Shown here piece by piece: positions 41,032 to 51,544 of a DNA stretch of 60,624 nt. The notes below the pieces were generated by a model. The model was not told where the DNA came from, made no database searches, and was given only the letters and a program-made list of their open reading frames with translations. The first letter of the stretch is position 1; each line of letters begins with the position of its first letter. The DNA comes from an uncultured Bacilli bacterium. Its GTDB lineage: Bacteria > Bacillota_I > Bacilli_A > RF39 > UBA660. The stretch spans positions 1 through 60,624 of the forward strand of contig CALVQR010000002.1 of NCBI GenBank assembly GCA_944358265.1, given 5' to 3'. The position numbers were made by a program, and so were the translations under genes.

Positions 41032-44000
41032 TTATACTAAGATATTTTCTATTTCATCTAATAATTTGTTTAAATAAAAAATAAAATGTCTTTCTAAATT
41101 ATGAATAAATAATTTTATATGTAATTTTTCATCTTTAAACTCAAATTTAAAATTAGTTGTTAACAAACTAACATTCATAAATAATTTACCTACATTCATT
41201 CTTTTTATGTCATTTTCACCAAATAAAATTTCTATATATAAATTAGTTTGTTTTATATTAGTAATAGAAAGATTTCTTGCTCTATTTTCAAATAATTCAC
41301 TATACATATATATTTCTAGTTTTTCATCAATTTTACCAAATCTATCTTCTATTTCTTTTCTTACTTTATTTAATTTTTCATAACTATCAATTTCATTTAT
41401 TTTTTTATGTAATTCAATTTTTAATTCTTCATCTTTAACATAATCATCTTTTATATGGTTTTCGACTTCTACAAGAGATTTTTCTTCTTCTTTTATTTCT
41501 TCTTTAGGTTTTATTCCTTTTAACTTATTTACTTCTTCATTAAGTATTTTTACATATAATTCATATCCAACAGTATCTATAAAGCCTGCTTGTTCACTAC
41601 CTAAAATATCTCCTGCGCCTCTTATTGATAAATCCCTCATAGCAATTTGAAAGCCACTGCCTAAATTTGTAAATTCTTTTATTACATTTAATCTTTTAAC
41701 TGCTACTTCATTAAGAGTTTTGTTTGGAGCATACATTAAATATGCATAAGCTATTTTGTTACTTCTTCCTACTCTACCTCTTATTTGATACAACTGACTA
41801 AGGCCAAACTTATCTGCATCATATATTATTAATGTATTTACATTTGGTATATCTATTCCTGTTTCTATTATTGTTGTACATAAAAGTATATCAAATTCAT
41901 TATTAATAAAACTTATCATAGTATCTTCTATTTGATTTTTATTCATTCTACCATGAGCAATCCTAATTTTTGCTTCAGGAACAATTTTTTGAATTTCAAA
42001 TAATTTTTCTTCTATATGTTCTACACTATTAAATAATATAAATATCTGTCCGCCTCTAGACATTTCTTTATATATAGCTTCTCTTATTATTTGAGTACTT
42101 TCTTCAATAACATAAGTTTGGACGGGATATCTATTTACTGGAGGAGTTTCAATTAGTGCAAGCTCTCTTATTCCTACTAAAGACATTTGAAGTGTTCTTG
42201 GTATTGGTGTTGCACTTAAAGTAAGCACATCTATCGTACTTTTATATTCTTTTATTTTTTCTTTGTGAGCTACTCCAAATCTTTGTTCTTCATCAATTAC
42301 AAGTAATCCTAAATCTTTAAATTTAATTCTATTATTTAAAAGTTTATGTGTCCCAAAAACAATATCTATTTTTCTTGTGGATAATTTTTCTATTATTTCT
42401 CTTGTCTCTTTAAGTGTTGTAAATCTGTTCAAAAGCGCAATTGATACACCAAAATTACTAAATCTTTCAACTGCACTTTTATATTGTTGAGAAGAAAGTA
42501 TTGTAGTAGGACATAAGTATGCAACTTGTTTCCCACTATTCACAGCTTTAAACATTGCTCTAAAAGCTACTTCTGTTTTACCATATCCTACATCACCACA
42601 TAAAAGCATATCCATTGGATTTTCTTTTTCCATTGACTTTTTTATTTTGTCAATTGCAATAAATTGATCTACTGTAGGTTCATATTTAAATTCATTATCA
42701 AATAATTTTTCTTCTTCATCATCTTTTTTAAATGCAAAACCTTTTTGCATTTTTCTTTCGGCTTGTATTTTTAATAAAGTCCCCGCAATATCTTTTACTT
42801 TATTTCTGATTCTTATTTTTGTTTTTTGCCATTCAGAACTTCCTAATTTATTAATTTTAGGAACTACTCCTTCATTTGATGAATACTTACTTATAAGTTC
42901 TATTTTTTCAACAGGAATATATAGTTTATCATTATCTTTATAAACTACTTCTAAATAGTCTTTTTTGTTTCCGTTTTTATTTAAAGTTTTAATTCCTGTA
43001 TACATTCCTATTCCATGATTAGAATGTACTACATAATCCCCTATCTTTAATGTATCTATATCCTTTATTTTTGTACCATATTTAAATTTATTTTTATAAT
43101 TTATATCTTTATTTCTAATCTTATATAATTCATTTTCACATAAAACAATATATTTTCCTATTTCAAAACCTTCATCTATATTTTCTTTAACAATATTTAT
43201 TTTATTTATAGATAACTTATCTATTGTTGTTATATCACATGGAACACTTAAATATTTTTTTATATTTTTAATTTTATTTTCATCATTTAAACAAATTATA
43301 ACTTGTTTTTGATTATATAAACATTTTTCTAAGTATTCATCTAAATATTTTAAATTAGAATTAAATTTATCAGGTAATTTTGAATCGAAATTATATTTTT
43401 TTGTTACATTGATATTTTCTAAAATATTATCTATCGTTAATAAATATATATTACTATTACTTTTTAAATCATAAAAATCATGCATATAATTTGTATTATA
43501 AATTTCTTCTTTACTTTTACTATATTCAAAAATTTCATTTTTTAAATTTAAATATGCATTTTTTAATTGATTATAATCTTTATATATTATTGTTGGATTT
43601 TCTAAATATGAAAGTATTGAACTTACTTCATTTACTACTTGTGGCAAATATTTTTGTTTTTCTTCTATTCCTTCTATATTTTTTTCATTTATAAATTCTG
43701 AAAAAGGAGTTATTTCACACATTTCTATTTCTTTTAATGATCTTTGTGTTTCAACATCAAAATATCTTATTGAATCTATTGTATCTCCCCAAAATTCTAT
43801 TCTTATTGGATTTTCAGTATTAATAGGAAATATATCTATAATATAACCTCTATTTGCTACTTCTCCTGTTTTATTAACAATAATGCTATGTTCATAACCT
43901 ATAGATACTAACTTTTTATATAAATTTTCTTTATCTATTTCGTGATTTTTATTTAATTTTATAATACTTTCTTGCCATAACTTTTTAGATGGAAGATATC

Positions 44001-44337
44001 TTAAAAATCCCATTAAATTAGTTATAATAATGTTATTTTTGTTTTTAACTATTGAATTTAAAGTGCTTATTCTAATAGATTTTAATTCAGGAGATATTGC
44101 AATCGATTCACTTGTTAAAAAATCATCCATCGGAAATAAATAAACATTATCATTTATTTTTGATAAAGAAGAATAATATGTATTAGCTTCATATAACGAA
44201 TTAGTTAATATAAGTATATCTTTTTTCTTTTTATTATAAATATTATCAACGCAAAAAGAGATTAACTGATTAGTTAATCCGGAAATACTTATATTTTCTA
44301 TCTCTTCTATTTTTAATAAATCATCTATTATTTTCAT
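41032..44337 (-). CDS. mfd: Transcription-repair coupling factor
   Basis: 1101 aa with a CarD-like domain and a superfamily 2 helicase core (GDVGYGKTEVA, DEEQRFG, TATPIPRT). Confidence 0.96.
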   Translation of the reverse strand: MKIIDDLLKIEEIENISISGLTNQLISFCVDNIYNKKKKDILILTNSLYEANTYYSSLSKINDNVYLFPMDDFLTSESIAISPELKSIRISTLNSIVKNKNNIIITNLMGFLRYLPSKKLWQESIIKLNKNHEIDKENLYKKLVSIGYEHSIIVNKTGEVANRGYIIDIFPINTENPIRIEFWGDTIDSIRYFDVETQRSLKEIEMCEITPFSEFINEKNIEGIEEKQKYLPQVVNEVSSILSYLENPTIIYKDYNQLKNAYLNLKNEIFEYSKSKEEIYNTNYMHDFYDLKSNSNIYLLTIDNILENINVTKKYNFDSKLPDKFNSNLKYLDEYLEKCLYNQKQVIICLNDENKIKNIKKYLSVPCDITTIDKLSINKINIVKENIDEGFEIGKYIVLCENELYKIRNKDINYKNKFKYGTKIKDIDTLKIGDYVVHSNHGIGMYTGIKTLNKNGNKKDYLEVVYKDNDKLYIPVEKIELISKYSSNEGVVPKINKLGSSEWQKTKIRIRNKVKDIAGTLLKIQAERKMQKGFAFKKDDEEEKLFDNEFKYEPTVDQFIAIDKIKKSMEKENPMDMLLCGDVGYGKTEVAFRAMFKAVNSGKQVAYLCPTTILSSQQYKSAVERFSNFGVSIALLNRFTTLKETREIIEKLSTRKIDIVFGTHKLLNNRIKFKDLGLLVIDEEQRFGVAHKEKIKEYKSTIDVLTLSATPIPRTLQMSLVGIRELALIETPPVNRYPVQTYVIEESTQIIREAIYKEMSRGGQIFILFNSVEHIEEKLFEIQKIVPEAKIRIAHGRMNKNQIEDTMISFINNEFDILLCTTIIETGIDIPNVNTLIIYDADKFGLSQLYQIRGRVGRSNKIAYAYLMYAPNKTLNEVAVKRLNVIKEFTNLGSGFQIAMRDLSIRGAGDILGSEQAGFIDTVGYELYVKILNEEVNKLKGIKPKEEIKEEEKSLVEVENHIKDDYVKDEELKIELHKKINEIDSYEKLNKVRKEIEDRFGKIDEKLEIYMYSELFENRARNLSITNIKQTNLYIEILFGENDIKRMNVGKLFMNVSLLTTNFKFEFKDEKLHIKLFIHNLERHFIFYLNKLLDEIENILV

Positions 44338-44348
44338 ATTTTCACCAA

Positions 44349-44903
44349 CTAATTATATTTATTCATAAGTTTATTAAAATCCAAAATAAAAAAATCGTCG
44401 ATTATATTTAAACATACATCTATTGTTTTGTCTATTATTTTCCTTTCATTTTCATTAAATTTCCCTAAAACAAAATCTTTTGTATCAATAAATTTATTAT
44501 TTGAAATTCCTATTTTTAATCTTTTATAATTTTTAGTTTTTAAATTTAATTCTATATTTTTAATACCATTATGTCCACCAGACGAACTATTTTGTTTTAA
44601 TTTTATTTTTCCTAATTCTTGATCTAAATCATCATGAATTATTAATATATTTTCTATGTCTATTTTAAAATAATCAACATATTTTTTAACTACTTCACCA
44701 GATAAATTCATATATTTCTGAGGTTTTAGAAATATTATTTTTTCATTATTAAAACTATATTCATAATATATTCCATCAAATTTTGATTTTGATATATTTA
44801 TATTTTTATTTTCTAAATATTTATCTATTATATTAAAGCCTACATTATGTCTTGTATTTTCATATTCCTTTCCTGGATTTCCTAAACCTACTATTAACTT
44901 CAT
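44349..44903 (-). CDS. pth: Peptidyl-tRNA hydrolase
   Basis: MKLIVGLGNPGKEYENTRHNVGF... Confidence 0.96.
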   Translation of the reverse strand: MKLIVGLGNPGKEYENTRHNVGFNIIDKYLENKNINISKSKFDGIYYEYSFNNEKIIFLKPQKYMNLSGEVVKKYVDYFKIDIENILIIHDDLDQELGKIKLKQNSSSGGHNGIKNIELNLKTKNYKRLKIGISNNKFIDTKDFVLGKFNENERKIIDKTIDVCLNIIDDFFILDFNKLMNKYN

Positions 44904-45742
44904 TTTTTTCCTCCATGATATTCTATATATACTTTATTTTTTTCAACCTTATGTAACTTTGCAACTTTTTTTATTGCTTCTTTGTCGCTTAATCCATCCT
45001 TTATTAACATTTTTACATGTGATACTAAATCAATATCTGAATATGTTTCAATTTCTTTATTTCCTTCAACTATTATCACAAATTCGCCTTTTGGATCAGA
45101 TAATTCTTCTAGTATTGTAGATATTTTTCCTCTATATACTTCTTCATATTTTTTGCTTATTTCGCGGGAAATACTTATGTTTCTATCTCCCATTATTTCC
45201 TTAATAATTAATAAAGTCTCGATAACTCTAAAAGGTGATTCATAAAATATTATTGTATATTTATTTGATTTTAATTCTTCTAATTGTTTCTTTTTTAAAG
45301 ATTTTTTACTATCTAAGAAGCCATAAAATAAAAATTGATTTGGATTTAAACCAGATGCAATTAAAGCTGGAACAAAAGCAGTTGGTCCAGGTAGTCCAAT
45401 AACATTATATCCCTCTTTTATTACATTATAAGAAACAACATATCCAGGATCACTTATAATAGGAGTACCTCTATCTGTTACTAATCCAACATTTTTATTA
45501 TTCTTTAAATAATATAAAACTTTCTCATAAACCTTATCTTCATTAAATTTATGACATGCAATTAATTTCTTTTTTATGTCAAAATATTTTAATAATTTTA
45601 ATGTTTCCCTTGTATCTTCAGAAAAAATAATATCTACTTCTTTAAGAATATTTAAAGCCCTTATAGTAATATCTTCCATATTTCCAATTGGAGTTGGAAT
45701 TAAATATAAACTAGGACTATTATTGTAACTTTTTTGACTCAT
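44900..45742 (-). CDS. rsmI: 16S rRNA (cytidine1402-2'-O)-methyltransferase
   Basis: LYLIPTPIGNMEDITIRALNILKEVDIIFSEDTR... is the tetrapyrrole-methylase-like fold typical of RsmI. Confidence 0.93.
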   Translation of the reverse strand: MSQKSYNNSPSLYLIPTPIGNMEDITIRALNILKEVDIIFSEDTRETLKLLKYFDIKKKLIACHKFNEDKVYEKVLYYLKNNKNVGLVTDRGTPIISDPGYVVSYNVIKEGYNVIGLPGPTAFVPALIASGLNPNQFLFYGFLDSKKSLKKKQLEELKSNKYTIIFYESPFRVIETLLIIKEIMGDRNISISREISKKYEEVYRGKISTILEELSDPKGEFVIIVEGNKEIETYSDIDLVSHVKMLIKDGLSDKEAIKKVAKLHKVEKNKVYIEYHGGKK

Positions 45743-45752
45743 TTAAATCACC

Positions 45753-46472
45753 TTACTTAAACATTTTTTGTACTTCTTCTAAATATCCTCCATCTTCATC
45801 GTGAACATATAATGGTGGGAGTATTTTTAAACCGGGATTACCATTTTTACTTCCCTCAATTAAAATTATATTACATTCACTATTTTTTTTAGGATAAACA
45901 AATCTAATCTTTTTTGGTTCAATATTATTTCTTTTCATAATCTCTATTATTTCAACTAATCGTTCTGGTCTATGTACAATTGAAATAATTCCATTATTTT
46001 TAAGTATTTTTCTAGCCATAGAAAATATATCATTTAAATTTATTTCTACTTCATGTCTTGCGATTGTTTTTGTATCATTTATATTAAATTTTGAATTATT
46101 ATTTACTTTAAAGAATGGTGGATTACATGTTATTACATCAAATGTATCTGTTTCATATTTTGAAGATAAATCTTTTACATTCATATTTATTATCTTTATT
46201 TTGTCTTTTAAATTATTTATTTCGACAGATTTTTTTGCAAGTTCATAAATTTCTTTTTGAAGCTCTACACCAACTATTTTGGCATTTGTCTTTGTACTAA
46301 GCATTAAAGGTATAGGAGCATTACCAGTACAAAAATCTATTATTTTATTTGTTCCCTTATTTATAGAAACAAAATTTGCAAGTAAAACTGAATCTAGTGA
46401 AAAATTAAACCAATCAGTATTTTGTACTATATTTAAATCATTAAAATTTAATAATCTATTAATTATTTCCAT
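45753..46472 (-). CDS. tRNA (adenine-N6)-methyltransferase, YabB/TrmN6-like
   Basis: Class I methyltransferase with NPPF. It lies between yaaT and rsmI like Bacillus yabB. Confidence 0.8.
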   Translation of the reverse strand: MEIINRLLNFNDLNIVQNTDWFNFSLDSVLLANFVSINKGTNKIIDFCTGNAPIPLMLSTKTNAKIVGVELQKEIYELAKKSVEINNLKDKIKIINMNVKDLSSKYETDTFDVITCNPPFFKVNNNSKFNINDTKTIARHEVEINLNDIFSMARKILKNNGIISIVHRPERLVEIIEIMKRNNIEPKKIRFVYPKKNSECNIILIEGSKNGNPGLKILPPLYVHDEDGGYLEEVQKMFK

Positions 46473-47251
46473 GGTTCAAAAATTTCCATTATTTCTTTTT
46501 CTTTATTTTCAATTTTACAAGATTTTTTAAATACATCTACCGATATTACTTTCCACTCTTTTCCTTCTCTTTTTAAAATTTGTCCTACTGAAGGCATTTC
46601 TTTTTTTAAATCTGAATATACATCATCTTCATATGATAAACAACAAAACAATCTATTACATGCACCATTTATTTTGCCAGGATTTAAAGCTATATTTTGA
46701 TTTTTAGCCATATTAATTGTTATATTGTCAAACGTATATAAATAAGTAGAACAACAAAGAGGCCTTCCACATGGACCTAATCCACCAATTTCTTTTGCTT
46801 TATCTCTGGGACCTATTTGTCTAAGTTCAATCCTTGTTTTATATATTTTAGCTAAATCTTTTGCTAAATTTCTAAAGTCTACTCTATCTGATGAAACAAA
46901 TGTAAAAAATAATTGAGTTCTTTCAAAAGTATAACTTACTTCAACAAGTCTCATATCTAAATTATATTTTTTTATTAATTCATTACATTTTTCAAACGCT
47001 TTTTTCTCATCTTTTACATTATTTAAATAATTAGTATAATCTTTTTTTGTAGAAATTCTTATTACTTTTTTTAATGGAAAATGAATTTTTTCTTTTTCTA
47101 TACTTATAATATCTGTTACCACTGTACCAAATTGTAATCCTCTTTCTGTTTCTACTATAACTGTTATATTTTTCTTTAATTTTAAATTATGACAATCAAA
47201 ATAATATTTTTTTCCATATTTTTTAAATACAACACCTACTACATTTACCAT
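46463..47251 (-). CDS. ricT: PSP1-domain protein YaaT/RicT
   Basis: MVNVVGVVFKKYGKKYYF..., with Cys-rich GPCGRPLCCS and NRLFCCL. It lies downstream of holB. Confidence 0.9.
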   Translation of the reverse strand: MVNVVGVVFKKYGKKYYFDCHNLKLKKNITVIVETERGLQFGTVVTDIISIEKEKIHFPLKKVIRISTKKDYTNYLNNVKDEKKAFEKCNELIKKYNLDMRLVEVSYTFERTQLFFTFVSSDRVDFRNLAKDLAKIYKTRIELRQIGPRDKAKEIGGLGPCGRPLCCSTYLYTFDNITINMAKNQNIALNPGKINGACNRLFCCLSYEDDVYSDLKKEMPSVGQILKREGKEWKVISVDVFKKSCKIENKEKEIMEIFEPWK

Positions 47252-47252
47252 A

Positions 47253-48182
47253 TTATACCTCACTTAATTCTATAATTAATTTATCAAATAATAATTTCGT
47301 ATTTAGATTCACATTTAATTCTTTTTTCAATTCTTCTATTATACTTATTTTTTTAATAATTTTTATTTCGTTATTATTTTTTACTATAAATTTTACTTTT
47401 TCTTCATAATTTATAAAATAATTTATTTTTTTCCCAACTATATAATAAAGCGCATCTGTATATAAATAAAGTATAGCATTCAACAAAGACATTATCTGTT
47501 CTGATGAACTAAATATATCCCAAGCAAATTTCTTTACATATATAAATGTACTTTTACCTTTATTTTCTATGGTTTCTATTAAATTAAAAATATTATCTAT
47601 AAAAATATTAAAATCTTCTTCATTTATATTAGATACATCATTAAAAATAAAATTCATTAATTTATTATTTCCAGAATTATTATTTTTCACATTTTTAAAA
47701 TTTAGAACTTGACATCGCGACTTGATTGTTGGCATTACCATATTTATATTATCTGTTAATAATATAGCAATTATGTCCTCTTCAGGTTCTTCTAAAAATT
47801 TAAGAATAGAATTTGCAGATGATGAATTTAATTTTTCACAATTTTTTATTATATATATTATTTTATTACCCTCAACAGGTTTATTTAATACACTATTTTG
47901 AAGTTCTAATAATTGTTCTTTTTTTATAAAATTACCATCAGGTTTTATTATTTTTAATTCAGTATATTCTTCTTTATCAATTCTAAAAAAAATATTTTTT
48001 AATATTTTCTCATCTTTATTTGACAAACTTATTATACTTTTAGCAAAATCTTTTGAATAGTCATATATATAATTTATATCATCGCAGCTAAACAAATATG
48101 CTTGTACTAATTTTTTTTCATTCAAACTTTTAATAAGTAATTTAGTAACAATTTCTTGTTCATTAATATATTTTTCAAGCAT
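47253..48182 (-). CDS. holB: DNA polymerase III subunit delta'
   Basis: ...LVQAYLFS...LKFLEEPEEDIIAILLT...TIKSRCQ... The start was refined to ATG 48182. Confidence 0.88.
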   Translation of the reverse strand: MLEKYINEQEIVTKLLIKSLNEKKLVQAYLFSCDDINYIYDYSKDFAKSIISLSNKDEKILKNIFFRIDKEEYTELKIIKPDGNFIKKEQLLELQNSVLNKPVEGNKIIYIIKNCEKLNSSSANSILKFLEEPEEDIIAILLTDNINMVMPTIKSRCQVLNFKNVKNNNSGNNKLMNFIFNDVSNINEEDFNIFIDNIFNLIETIENKGKSTFIYVKKFAWDIFSSSEQIMSLLNAILYLYTDALYYIVGKKINYFINYEEKVKFIVKNNNEIKIIKKISIIEELKKELNVNLNTKLLFDKLIIELSEV

Positions 48183-48198
48183 ATTTATCACCACCAAA

Positions 48199-48390
48199 CT
48201 ATCTAAAATTTATTAAATAAAAAGCAACCAACCCTAAAAAACCTGGGCCATTAAATATTGTTATAATAATAACAGTAATAACATTTATTGGAATATTTAG
48301 ATTAAAAGATTGAGTAATTAAATTATAACCATATAAAACCATAATACTTATTATTATTTTTGTTAATATTTTAAGTATTGATTTAAACAT
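48199..48390 (-). CDS. bofA: BofA-family (pro-sigma-K processing inhibitor-like) membrane protein
   Basis: 63 aa. ...LNIPINVITVIIITIFNGPGFLGLVAF resembles the BofA C-terminal half. It lies downstream of recR as in Bacillus. Confidence 0.7.
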   Translation of the reverse strand: MFKSILKILTKIIISIMVLYGYNLITQSFNLNIPINVITVIIITIFNGPGFLGLVAFYLINFR

Positions 48391-48431
48391 ACTTGTCCAC
48401 CTCAATACATTTTATGAAAAAAGTAAAAAAA

Positions 48432-49031
48432 TTATGAAATTTTATTTCTTCCTTCTAATGCTCTTGCTATTGTTAAAGGATCTAAATATTCCATATCTGC
48501 TCCTACTGGTATTCCTGCAGCTATTTTTGTAATAGATACATCATAATCTTCAAGTAATTTTAAAATATATGCAGATGTTGTTTCTCCTTCAATACTTTGA
48601 GTTAATGCAAGAATTACTTCTTTAATATTTTCATTTTTTATTCTATTTACCAATTGATTTATTTTTATATTTTCTGGATTAATGCCTTCGAGAGGGGAAA
48701 TTAATCCCTCTAAAACATGATATTTTCCATTAAAAGCATTTGCTTTTTCAAATAATATTAAATTTTTTGTATTTTCCACAACACATAAAATTTCTGAATC
48801 TCTATTTTTATCGTTACATATATCACAAATATCTTCTTCTGTTAAATTGTTGCAAATTTTGCACTTTTTTATTTTTTCTTTAACATTTTTTATTGAATCT
48901 GAAAAATTTTTAATTTGTTCATTATCAAATTTTAATACAGCAAATGATAATCTTTCTGCATTTTTTTCACCGATACCAGGTAACATTTTAAAACATTCAA
49001 TTAGTTGTTGTAAACTTGTTGGATATTTCAT
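48432..49031 (-). CDS. recR: Recombination protein RecR
   Basis: LIECFKMLPGIGEKNAERL, a C4 zinc finger CKICNN...CDIC, and a Toprim domain. Confidence 0.96.
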   Translation of the reverse strand: MKYPTSLQQLIECFKMLPGIGEKNAERLSFAVLKFDNEQIKNFSDSIKNVKEKIKKCKICNNLTEEDICDICNDKNRDSEILCVVENTKNLILFEKANAFNGKYHVLEGLISPLEGINPENIKINQLVNRIKNENIKEVILALTQSIEGETTSAYILKLLEDYDVSITKIAAGIPVGADMEYLDPLTIARALEGRNKIS

Positions 49032-49324
49032 TAAAAAATACCTGGAATTCCTGATGCAAAATTACCTAGTTTATCTTCCATTGCTTTGTTTGCTTGTTTA
49101 ATAGCATCATTTACAGCTAACATTATCATATCTTGCAATATTTCTATATCTTCACTTGTTATATCTTTATTTATTTTTATATTTGTAATAACTTTATCAC
49201 CATTAATTGTTACTTCAACTAAAGGCTGTTTTGATGTAAATAACATTTTACTAACTTCTTCTTTAGCATTTTCCATATCTTTTTGCATTTTTTTTGCTTG
49301 TTGCATAAGCATATTCATATTCAT
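49031..49324 (-). CDS. ybaB: Nucleoid-associated protein YbaB/EbfC
   Basis: MNMNMLMQQAKKMQKDMENAKEE... lies between dnaX and recR. Confidence 0.93.
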   Translation of the reverse strand: MNMNMLMQQAKKMQKDMENAKEEVSKMLFTSKQPLVEVTINGDKVITNIKINKDITSEDIEILQDMIMLAVNDAIKQANKAMEDKLGNFASGIPGIF

Positions 49325-49329
49325 AATTT

Positions 49330-50940
49330 TTATCCTCCTATTTCTAATAAATCTTCAAATTCATTTTTACTCTCTTTATTATATAATTCATTTATTTTTT
49401 TTACTATACTTTCTTCATTAATTAAATCAATTTTTTCTTTATTTTTTATTTTGTTTACATATATTAATCTTTTTTCTTCCCATATTGAATTTAGCAAAAA
49501 GCATACCTTTACTTTTCGTCCTATTAAATCCGATATTAATTCATCTATTATATTATATTCTTTATACATATCTATCAATAAATTATTAATATCTGTAGTA
49601 ATAATAACACCATCTATAGATCCTGCACGAACCTCACATTCGCTAAGTATATTTACAATTTTTAATTGATCTAAATTTGTTATTTCATTTTCTATATTTT
49701 TAATTTTTTGTCTAAATTCAATAAGATTTTGTTTATTTGCAACAGCTAATATATTATTTAATCTAATATTCATTAATTCTTCATATAATTTAATATCTAC
49801 ATTATTTTTCATATTATTTATCTCTTCTTTTTTTTGTATTTTATTTTCAACAAGTCCAATTTCTTTTTTGTTACGAACATTAGTTTGATTTTGATAAATT
49901 ATTTGATTCATCTTCATAATTAATATATCAAAAAATATTTTTTTATCTTTTGAATTTTTCATATCTATTATTGTTTTATTTATAAGTAGTATCATATCCA
50001 TAATTTTGTTGTTTCCTATTTCATCAACTAATTTAGAATTATGTTCTGTTTGATACAAAATTAATTCATCACGAAGAAATTTCATAATATCTTCACAAAT
50101 ATATATAAAATTTTTCCCTTCATATTCTAATTTTTCTATTATATCAAAAGTATCTTTTAAATTATTATTTTTTATATTTAAAATTATATTTTTTATATCT
50201 TCGTTAGATATTCTTCCATTTAATAATAAAACGTCTTCAAACTTAATATTTGAGCTAGAATAGGCATTCAATTGATCCAGTAAACCAATAGCATCTCTCA
50301 TTCCACCATTTGAATCGATAGCAATTAAATCTAAAGATTTTTCATCTATTTTTATTTTTTCTTTTTCACAAATATATTTTAATCTTTTTTTTATTATATT
50401 TTTTGGAATAGGTTTAAATTCAAAAGATTGGCATCTTGATATTATTGTTAATGGTATTTTATGTGGTTCAGTCGTTGCAAGAATAAAAATAACATGTTTT
50501 GGAGGTTCTTCTAATGTTTTTAATAAAGCATTAAAAGCACCTGTTGTAAGCATATGTACCTCATCTATTATATATATTTTATATTTAGAAATTGTTGGTA
50601 ATAAAGTTACATGATTTTTAATTTCTCTTATTTCATCCACACCATTATTTGACGCGGCATCCATTTCTATTATATCTATATTTTCATTTAAATTATTATT
50701 TTTACAAATTTCACATTTTTCACAAGATATTCCATTTTTAGGATTAATACAATTAATTGTTTTTGCAAAAATTTTAGCTATACTTGTTTTTCCTGTACCT
50801 CGAGGTCCTATAAACAAATAAGCATGTGTTAATTTATTTTTTTTAATAACATTTTTTAATGTTTCAACGATTATTTTTTGACCATAAACATCATCAAACG
50901 TTTTAGGTCTATATTTTCTATATAATGCTTGATATTCCAT
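49330..50940 (-). CDS. dnaX: DNA polymerase III subunit gamma/tau
   Basis: MEYQALYRKYRPKTFDDVYGQ...GPRGTGKTS... plus a Zn module CxxCxxC. AGGAGG lies upstream of ATG 50940. Confidence 0.96.
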   Translation of the reverse strand: MEYQALYRKYRPKTFDDVYGQKIIVETLKNVIKKNKLTHAYLFIGPRGTGKTSIAKIFAKTINCINPKNGISCEKCEICKNNNLNENIDIIEMDAASNNGVDEIREIKNHVTLLPTISKYKIYIIDEVHMLTTGAFNALLKTLEEPPKHVIFILATTEPHKIPLTIISRCQSFEFKPIPKNIIKKRLKYICEKEKIKIDEKSLDLIAIDSNGGMRDAIGLLDQLNAYSSSNIKFEDVLLLNGRISNEDIKNIILNIKNNNLKDTFDIIEKLEYEGKNFIYICEDIMKFLRDELILYQTEHNSKLVDEIGNNKIMDMILLINKTIIDMKNSKDKKIFFDILIMKMNQIIYQNQTNVRNKKEIGLVENKIQKKEEINNMKNNVDIKLYEELMNIRLNNILAVANKQNLIEFRQKIKNIENEITNLDQLKIVNILSECEVRAGSIDGVIITTDINNLLIDMYKEYNIIDELISDLIGRKVKVCFLLNSIWEEKRLIYVNKIKNKEKIDLINEESIVKKINELYNKESKNEFEDLLEIGG

Positions 50941-50967
50941 AAAACCTCCTTTATACATTTTTAAATA

Positions 50968-50982
50968 TTATATCATATTTTT
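50968..50982 (-). promoter_or_regulatory. Candidate dnaX promoter (extended -10)
   Basis: On the minus strand, TGATATAAT lies about 25 nt upstream of the dnaX RBS. Coordinates are approximate. Confidence 0.4.
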
Positions 50983-51023
50983 TAAAAAAGAAGCATCAAA
51001 AAGAAACTTCATTTGTATTTATA

Positions 51024-51111
51024 ATGTTCCACGTGGAACATATTTTATTTTTGTTTCAATGTTTCACGTGGAACATATTTTATTTTTGTTTCAATGTTTC
51101 ACGTGGAACAT
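51024..51111. repeat. Three tandem 35-bp units, each containing an 18-bp palindrome centred on CACGTG
   Basis: ATGTTCCACGTGGAACAT (51024..51041, perfect) and ATGTTTCACGTGGAACAT (51059..51076 and 51094..51111). The first two are followed by an identical ATTTTATTTTTGTTTCA spacer. The third ends 2 nt before the tadA stop codon. Confidence 0.9.
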
Positions 51112-51113
51112 TA

Positions 51114-51527
51114 TTATTTTTGTCTTTTAAATTTAAAAAAATTTTTTAATTCCTCTGAAAAAATATTATTTTTGTTTATATGTTTAAAACTTACTTCAGA
51201 TTCTGTTTTTTGTGAGTTTTGGTATGTAAAAAAATATACATTTTTTATTCTATATTTTTTTATTATTTCTTTACACATAGAACAAGGTTCTAATGTTACA
51301 TACATTTCACAATTGCTTAGTCTCCAATTTTTTAATTTTTTGGCAGCTTTATTTAATGCAATTATTTCTGCATGACACATAATATTATTTTTTTTATTTA
51401 CTTTATTATACGCTTTACTAATTATTTTATTTTTATAAGTTACAATTGCTGCAATAGGAACTTCATTTTGTTTTTGTGCTTTTTTAATTAATTTTTTTAA
51501 AATTAATTCTATATTTTCAATATTCAT
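51114..51527 (-). CDS. tadA: tRNA-specific adenosine deaminase
   Basis: Contains the HAEIIAL and PCSMC zinc-binding motifs. 137 aa. Confidence 0.92.
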   Translation of the reverse strand: MNIENIELILKKLIKKAQKQNEVPIAAIVTYKNKIISKAYNKVNKKNNIMCHAEIIALNKAAKKLKNWRLSNCEMYVTLEPCSMCKEIIKKYRIKNVYFFTYQNSQKTESEVSFKHINKNNIFSEELKNFFKFKRQK

Positions 51528-51544
51528 AAATTACCTCTATAAAA

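Noticed and set aside
51024-51111. The three 35-bp repeats as a mini CRISPR array, or as LexA (Cheo) or DnaA boxes.
   Set aside because: The so-called spacers are identical rather than unique, there are only three units, and there are no cas genes. The half-sites are arranged GTTC-N6-GAAC, the reverse of the Cheo box GAAC-N4-GTTC. The match to TTATCCACA is only about 6 of 9.
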